Below, in pieces: positions 37,647 to 42,690 of a DNA stretch of 42,690 nt. A program made the position numbers and the translations under genes. The number at the start of each line of letters is the position of its first letter. Within the stretch, counting starts at the first letter, position 1. The notes beneath the pieces are model-generated. The model made no database searches. It had not been told where the DNA came from and was given only the letters and a program-made list of their open reading frames with translations. Source of the stretch: Candidatus Woesearchaeota archaeon CG1_02_57_44 (GTDB lineage Archaea > Nanobdellota > Nanobdellia > Woesearchaeales > CG1-02-57-44); assembly GCA_001871415.1 (NCBI GenBank), contig MNWW01000002.1:1-42690 (forward strand), in the 5' to 3' direction.

Positions 37647-38417
37647 ATGGGCGCACGAGGTAAGGACCTGGCCGCATGGCATGATACTACAATTATCATT
37701 CCCACCTATAATGAGGAGCAAAATATAGGTCAGCTGTTGCCCGTTCTGCTCCGGCAATACCAGGGTGTCAGTATTCTGGTCGTCGATGATGACAGCACCG
37801 ATAGGACCGCGCAGGTGGTGCGGCGAATAGCTGGCGAAAAACATCCCTCGGCAAAAGCAGTGCGAGGGGCAGCGCGGGTGCGCCTGCTCCAGAACAAGGG
37901 GCGAAGGCAGCGAGGACTGACAGCATCCGTGGTAGAAGGCATGATGGCGTGCGCATCGCCGACCAAAGCCACGGTTCACAGGTACTGTGTCGTGATGGAC
38001 GCTGATTTTCAGCACCCCCCTGAAAAAGTCGGGGATATTATCCATGCGCTGCGCGACGGAGCTGACCTTGCCGTCGGTGTGCGTGAGTCCTTGCCTGGTG
38101 ACTGGCCTATCAGCCGCAGGCTCATCTCCCGTGGAGCCATTTTGCTGGGCAACTGCCGTCTGCTATTGTCCGGAAGAGTCTGCCGGGATATCGCATCAGG
38201 CTTCTTCGGTTGCGACGTGGCTGTGGCGCAGCGCGCCATCAACCGCTCAGCTGGCAGTTTTGAGATGCCAGGCTACAAAGTGCTCTTCGATATCCTCAAA
38301 TACGGTGACATGCGCCGCATCGGTTACGTGCCCTACACATTCGCGTTGCGCAAGCACGGGGACTCAAAGCTCGGCAAAAAACATATTGTATCCTTTCTCA
38401 AGGCGCTGGTGAAGTGA
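37647..38417 (+). CDS. GT2 polyprenol-phosphate mannose synthase (DPM1-like)
   Basis: IIPTYNE, VVDDDSTDRT, MDADFQHPPE, SGFF, RKHGDSKL. Confidence 0.9.
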   Translation: MGARGKDLAAWHDTTIIIPTYNEEQNIGQLLPVLLRQYQGVSILVVDDDSTDRTAQVVRRIAGEKHPSAKAVRGAARVRLLQNKGRRQRGLTASVVEGMMACASPTKATVHRYCVVMDADFQHPPEKVGDIIHALRDGADLAVGVRESLPGDWPISRRLISRGAILLGNCRLLLSGRVCRDIASGFFGCDVAVAQRAINRSAGSFEMPGYKVLFDILKYGDMRRIGYVPYTFALRKHGDSKLGKKHIVSFLKALVK

Positions 38418-38470
38418 GGCCAGCTCCTACAACGACCCAAAGCATACGGGAATGGTCCTTGAAGGCCGAT

Positions 38471-38513
38471 CCCTGTTCCTGGAAGTGAAGACCCAGGCCC
38501 TGTTCCTGGAAGT
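38471..38513. repeat. 16-bp direct repeat
   Basis: CCCTGTTCCTGGAAGT at 38471 and 38498. Confidence 0.8.
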
Positions 38514-38610
38514 ATCTTCTTGCGGGCGACATTAAGTTCTTGCGACGTAACTAGGATGCGCCTTCTTTCTTTGGGCAAGCTAAATAAAGCAGTCTCGCAT
38601 CGCAGGGCTC

Positions 38611-40662
38611 ATGGGGGACAAACAGATGAATGGTGAGCTGACAGCGGAGGGGACCAAAGTTGCGGCAACAATAGCCCCCGATGAGCACGTAGTCGAACAC
38701 GCCGCTCCCGCAAGCTCAGATTCTGTCAGGCCGATGCGCCTGCAGCTGCCCGCCATAATTATTATTGTATTCACGCTGATAGGCCTCTACCTGGCGGCCC
38801 CCCTCTTTGCACCAGGAATTCCCGCGAGCCAGGATCTGCCCTTGCACTACGCGCGCTTCTGGTGCGCACAGCAGTCAGGATTACCGCTTGCCGCGTCGTG
38901 GTGTCCTTACTTTGACGCTGGCACTCCATTTTTCCGTGGCTATCCCATCCTGCCCTTTGAGTTGGCAACTATCTTTTCCTGGACGGTTGGCAGTGTTCTG
39001 GGCTACAAGCTCATGCTGCTGGTCATCTATTTTGTCGCGCCAGTGGGCGCTCTATTGCTCTTGCTTCAATTAGGATATCCTCTGGCGGGCGCCTTCGCAT
39101 ACGCTCTGCTGCTTGTCGACAAAGGAGGATGGCACTCCGGCGGCTATCTGCAGACGTTTCGCATCGGCATGTTCGCCAACGCCCTAGCGACGGGTATGAT
39201 GCTGGTGGCGCTCGCAGCGCTCTTGCATTTTTTGCATCATCCCGTCAAGCGTTCCTCCTTGATACTCGGGGTGGCGATGGCATTGCTGATCATGAGCCAT
39301 CTGACCCCGTTTGGTATATTCCTGCTGGCAGCTCTGGCGCTGCTTGCTCTGCGGGGCCGCAAGGTACTCGCGATGTGGAAAGAACTGCTGTTGTCCGCCG
39401 TACTCGCGTTGGGATTGGTGACGTTTTGGCTCGTCCCGCTCCTATTCACTCACGCGCAGGGTTATTTCAATGACATCACTTTCAAGCTGCCGTTTACGGT
39501 ATCTGACTTGCAGCTATTCCTGCTGCGCGACCTGCATCCTGGTCTGTTGTGGCTGGGTCTCTTTGGCGCTCTGGCTGTCCTGGTGCTGCGCCCGAAGCAA
39601 TGGCAAGCGCTGATGGTGGTGCTGTTGGTTGCTCCTGCTGTATATCTGTTCGGCATGCTGCTGCCAGGCGTGTACTTTTCCCTCCCTCTCTACAAGCTTA
39701 TCATTCCCGTGCGGCTCACAGCACAGCTGCGAACGTCATTGGCCATTGGGGCTGCCATGCTGCTGGCATTGCTGCCTCGCTTACCAATACCTGGCATCAC
39801 CAAACAGAATCGTCGACAGACATTGCTTATGCTCTCCCTGTTGGTGTTCGTTGTTATTGCTTGGGGCGCATTGCAGCAGACGCTTCAGACCCGTCAGCTC
39901 GTGCTCACAGACGCCAATCCTGCGTTCGCATGGCAGGAGCAGGTGTATAGAGAGGTCGCAGCGACGAACGCCCGAATCCTTCCCCAGGAGCTCTACAATC
40001 AGCCCGTGCCGCAGGAAGCAGCGGTATTGGCGATTAGTCATCTGGAATCATTGTATCCAGTGCTTGCGGGTGCGGATGTGCTTACCTACAATGGCATCAG
40101 CTTCCGGGAGAATTATGGCGAGTATGGTCATCGTGACCTGTTGCAGCTTCTGGCAGGAAAGCCGGCGGTTAATTTTTCCCGTCTCAATGATTTCTTTTTG
40201 CGCGCGAATGTGAAATGGGTGCTGCTCATGGATCCGGCCGCGCGTCTCGTGATGGAACAGGCGAATGCGAGCGTGCTGCGCGAGATAGGTCCGTACGCGC
40301 TCTATGACACCGGCGTCACGCCATCGTATTTCGCGGTGCTCTCCGGCGACGCCATCTTGAGCAATGAGCGGTATGTTCCCTCGGACGGCAATCATGCGTC
40401 CGTGCGTGTCAGCGCAAGTCAGCGATCGCGTATCTTGTTCAAGGTGCATGATTATCCAGACTGGCGTGTCACTATCGATGACGCCAGGGTGCAGACCGCC
40501 AACGGGCCAGGCATGCTCATGGAAGTTATGGTTCCAAAGGGCGATCATGTGGTCAGATTCTCCTACGGGCTGCGCGCCCTTGATATTGCCTGTTACCTGG
40601 TGACGGTGGTGTCATTGCTCCTGCTTGTTGTGCTCTGGCGCGACGCGAAGAACGAGCAATAA
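38611..40662 (+). CDS. multi-TM GT-C-like membrane protein (PTPS-related / YfhO-like)
   Basis: DLPLH, WCPYFDAGTPFFRGYP loop, about 12 TMs, C-terminal YPDWRVTIDD..VPKGDHVVRFSY. Confidence 0.75.
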   Translation: MGDKQMNGELTAEGTKVAATIAPDEHVVEHAAPASSDSVRPMRLQLPAIIIIVFTLIGLYLAAPLFAPGIPASQDLPLHYARFWCAQQSGLPLAASWCPYFDAGTPFFRGYPILPFELATIFSWTVGSVLGYKLMLLVIYFVAPVGALLLLLQLGYPLAGAFAYALLLVDKGGWHSGGYLQTFRIGMFANALATGMMLVALAALLHFLHHPVKRSSLILGVAMALLIMSHLTPFGIFLLAALALLALRGRKVLAMWKELLLSAVLALGLVTFWLVPLLFTHAQGYFNDITFKLPFTVSDLQLFLLRDLHPGLLWLGLFGALAVLVLRPKQWQALMVVLLVAPAVYLFGMLLPGVYFSLPLYKLIIPVRLTAQLRTSLAIGAAMLLALLPRLPIPGITKQNRRQTLLMLSLLVFVVIAWGALQQTLQTRQLVLTDANPAFAWQEQVYREVAATNARILPQELYNQPVPQEAAVLAISHLESLYPVLAGADVLTYNGISFRENYGEYGHRDLLQLLAGKPAVNFSRLNDFFLRANVKWVLLMDPAARLVMEQANASVLREIGPYALYDTGVTPSYFAVLSGDAILSNERYVPSDGNHASVRVSASQRSRILFKVHDYPDWRVTIDDARVQTANGPGMLMEVMVPKGDHVVRFSYGLRALDIACYLVTVVSLLLLVVLWRDAKNEQ

Positions 40663-40741
40663 TCAACAGCAGTGGATGACGGGCAGGGAATCCTTCAGGC
40701 CCACCAAAGACTTAAATACTCGGGCGCCCCGAATGCGCTGC

Positions 40742-41977
40742 ATGGTGGAAGTCCTGTCCGTGTTTCTTCTTATCGCAGGCATTCTCATCTTCGGTTTCCT
40801 GGGCGACCTTATCTTTCAGCGCTACAATATTCCGGACATCCTGTTTCTCATCCTGCTTGGCATGGTGCTCCAGCGATATGTGACCGGCTCTGCCGAGCAC
40901 GAACTCATCGTCCAGTTCGCTCCATTATTCACGACGTTCGCCCTGGTCTTTCTCATCTATGACGGCGCGTTCAATATCAATCTGGAGTCGTTTGCCAAAG
41001 GCATCGGCCCTTCCATGCTCGTGACACTCCTGAATTTCATCACATCCGTGTTCGTGGTGACGCTGGTCGCGCGTGCCTTCGCGCTCGTTGCGGGTATTGC
41101 AGGATTTGGATGGAGCCAGGCTCTGCTCATGGGATTCATCCTTGGCGGGGTATCCTCCGCTTTTGTCATCCCGGTAATCAAGAAAATTGCCCTCAGCAAG
41201 GACACCTACAGCATTCTGACGCTCGAGTCGGCGATGACTGATGTGTTCTGCATTGTTTCTTCGCTGACCATGATGGAGATCATCCAATTGAGCACGTTCA
41301 ACTTGGCGGTGGTTGCGGGAAAGATAACCACGTTGTTCGCGGTCGCAGGATTCATGGGCATCCTGGCGGGCATGCTCTGGATTTTCCTCACAAAAGTTTT
41401 CTTCCGCGAGAACAAGTCGTACATGATTACCCTCGCGTATCTGCTGCTCTTGTATGTGGTGACTGAGCTGCTCGGCGGCAATGGCGCGATCGCTGCGTTG
41501 TTCTTCGGCCTGGTGCTCAAGAATTCGCGGCAATTGATGCGCATAGGTGCGGCCATCATGGGTTCGCGCCAGGAGCACAAGGCGCTTATCGTGACCAGCC
41601 AGATGGAGCAGTTCTTCTATTCCCAGATATCCTTCTTGCTCAAGACGTTCTTTTTTGTCTTCATCGGTCTGCAGTTCAACTTCCACAGTACCAAGACCCT
41701 GGTGTTCGGTCTGCTGGTCGCGCTAGCCGTGGGTGCTTCCCGGCAGGTGACCTTCCTGCTCACTAAGAAGCGCAAGGAGCTAGACCAGAAGATAAGCGCG
41801 TCCATCTTCGCGCGCGGACTGGCAGCCGCAGCTATCGCGCAGTTTGCCATTGATCGCAATCTCTTTAACGCGGGGATCATGTTGGACATGACGTACGCGG
41901 CAATAATATTTACCATCCTCTTCAGCTCCCTGCGCATCTTCCAGGTCCTGCGCGCGCATCAGCAGCCTGTGCAGTGA
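40742..41977 (+). CDS. cation:proton antiporter (CPA1, NhaP-like)
   Basis: IPDILFLILLG, SSAFVIP, LESAMTDV, FFFVFIGL, ARGLAAA; CTTAAATA box ~25 nt upstream. Confidence 0.9.
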   Translation: MVEVLSVFLLIAGILIFGFLGDLIFQRYNIPDILFLILLGMVLQRYVTGSAEHELIVQFAPLFTTFALVFLIYDGAFNINLESFAKGIGPSMLVTLLNFITSVFVVTLVARAFALVAGIAGFGWSQALLMGFILGGVSSAFVIPVIKKIALSKDTYSILTLESAMTDVFCIVSSLTMMEIIQLSTFNLAVVAGKITTLFAVAGFMGILAGMLWIFLTKVFFRENKSYMITLAYLLLLYVVTELLGGNGAIAALFFGLVLKNSRQLMRIGAAIMGSRQEHKALIVTSQMEQFFYSQISFLLKTFFFVFIGLQFNFHSTKTLVFGLLVALAVGASRQVTFLLTKKRKELDQKISASIFARGLAAAAIAQFAIDRNLFNAGIMLDMTYAAIIFTILFSSLRIFQVLRAHQQPVQ

Positions 41978-42690
41978 TAGCTCAGGTCTTTTTCTGGTTA
42001 CCCTGGCAGGGTCATCAGGAATGTTCAGCAAGGCTGCAAGAAACCAAGCATCGTAGGCGACCAATACTCTTGACTACCATGTAGGCTTCTGGATGACTGA
42101 AATAACAAAAATCCGCCACTCGGCGCTAACCGCGGCCTGAAGGCCGCGGTATTACCGCGCCTCGTCATTGCAGGCGGATTTTTGAATTTTCAGTCATCCA
42201 GAAGCCTACATGGTAGTCAAGAGTATTGGTCGCCTACGATGCTTGGTTTCTTGCAGCCTTGCTGAACATTCCTGATGACCCTGCCAGGGTAACCAGAAAA
42301 AGACCTGAGCTATCACTGCACAGGCTGCTGATGCGCGCGCAGGACCTGGAAGATGCGCAGGGAGCTGAAGAGGATGGTAAATATTATTGCCGCGTACGTC
42401 ATGTCCAACATGATCCCCGCGTTAAAGAGATTGCGATCAATGGCAAACTGCGCGATAGCTGCGGCTGCCAGTCCGCGCGCGAAGATGGACGCGCTTATCT
42501 TCTGGTCTAGCTCCTTGCGCTTCTTAGTGAGCAGGAAGGTCACCTGCCGGGAAGCACCCACGGCTAGCGCGACCAGCAGACCGAACACCAGGGTCTTGGT
42601 ACTGTGGAAGTTGAACTGCAGACCGATGAAGACAAAAAAGAACGTCTTGAGCAAGAAGGATATCTGGGAATAGAAGAACTGCTCCATCTG
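41600..42690. repeat. 503-bp perfect inverted duplication (41600-42102 / 42188-42690) running to the window end
   Basis: 42188-42690 is the exact reverse complement of 41600-42102; duplicated ORFs appear in the track. Confidence 0.95.
42106..42184. other. nested hairpin element resembling an IS200/IS605-end or REP-like palindrome
   Basis: CAAAAATCCGCC/GGCGGATTTTTG outer stem, GGCGC/GCGCC middle stem, ACCGCGGCC-TGAA-GGCCGCGGT inner hairpin. Confidence 0.45.

Noticed and set aside
42313..42687. Second antiporter gene on the minus strand
   Set aside because: Exact mirror of 41603-41977 produced by the terminal inverted duplication

Overview
Archaeal chromosomal segment, most likely DPANN/Woesearchaeota-like. 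This is inferred from the split RpoB and RpoA subunits, intron-rich tRNAs, KKA/EMG-type archaellin N-termini and DUF5752-like domains. The left half carries an unusual archaellum locus: seven tandem archaellin paralogues (4.3-9.9 kb) with mosaic near-identical 5' DNA, variable glycosylation-site-rich middles and mostly separate TATA promoters. These are followed by flaJ-flaI-flaH, a single FlaF/G-like gene, a divergent double-wHTH regulator, a FlaC-like protein fused to two DUF5752-like domains in place of FlaD/E, and an eighth divergent archaellin. No chemotaxis genes or flaK lie in the window. The middle holds the rpoH-B''-B'-A'-A''-L30e-nusA operon, in which two clamp zinc sites have lost most cysteine ligands. 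Upstream of it is a tRNA-Tyr/Asp/Lys cluster with four BHB introns, two at non-canonical positions. The right part holds surface and membrane genes, a putative GDP-Man -> polyprenol-P-Man -> GT-C glycosylation module and a cation:proton antiporter. The window ends in a 503-bp perfect fold-back around a natural hairpin element, probably an amplification or assembly artefact.
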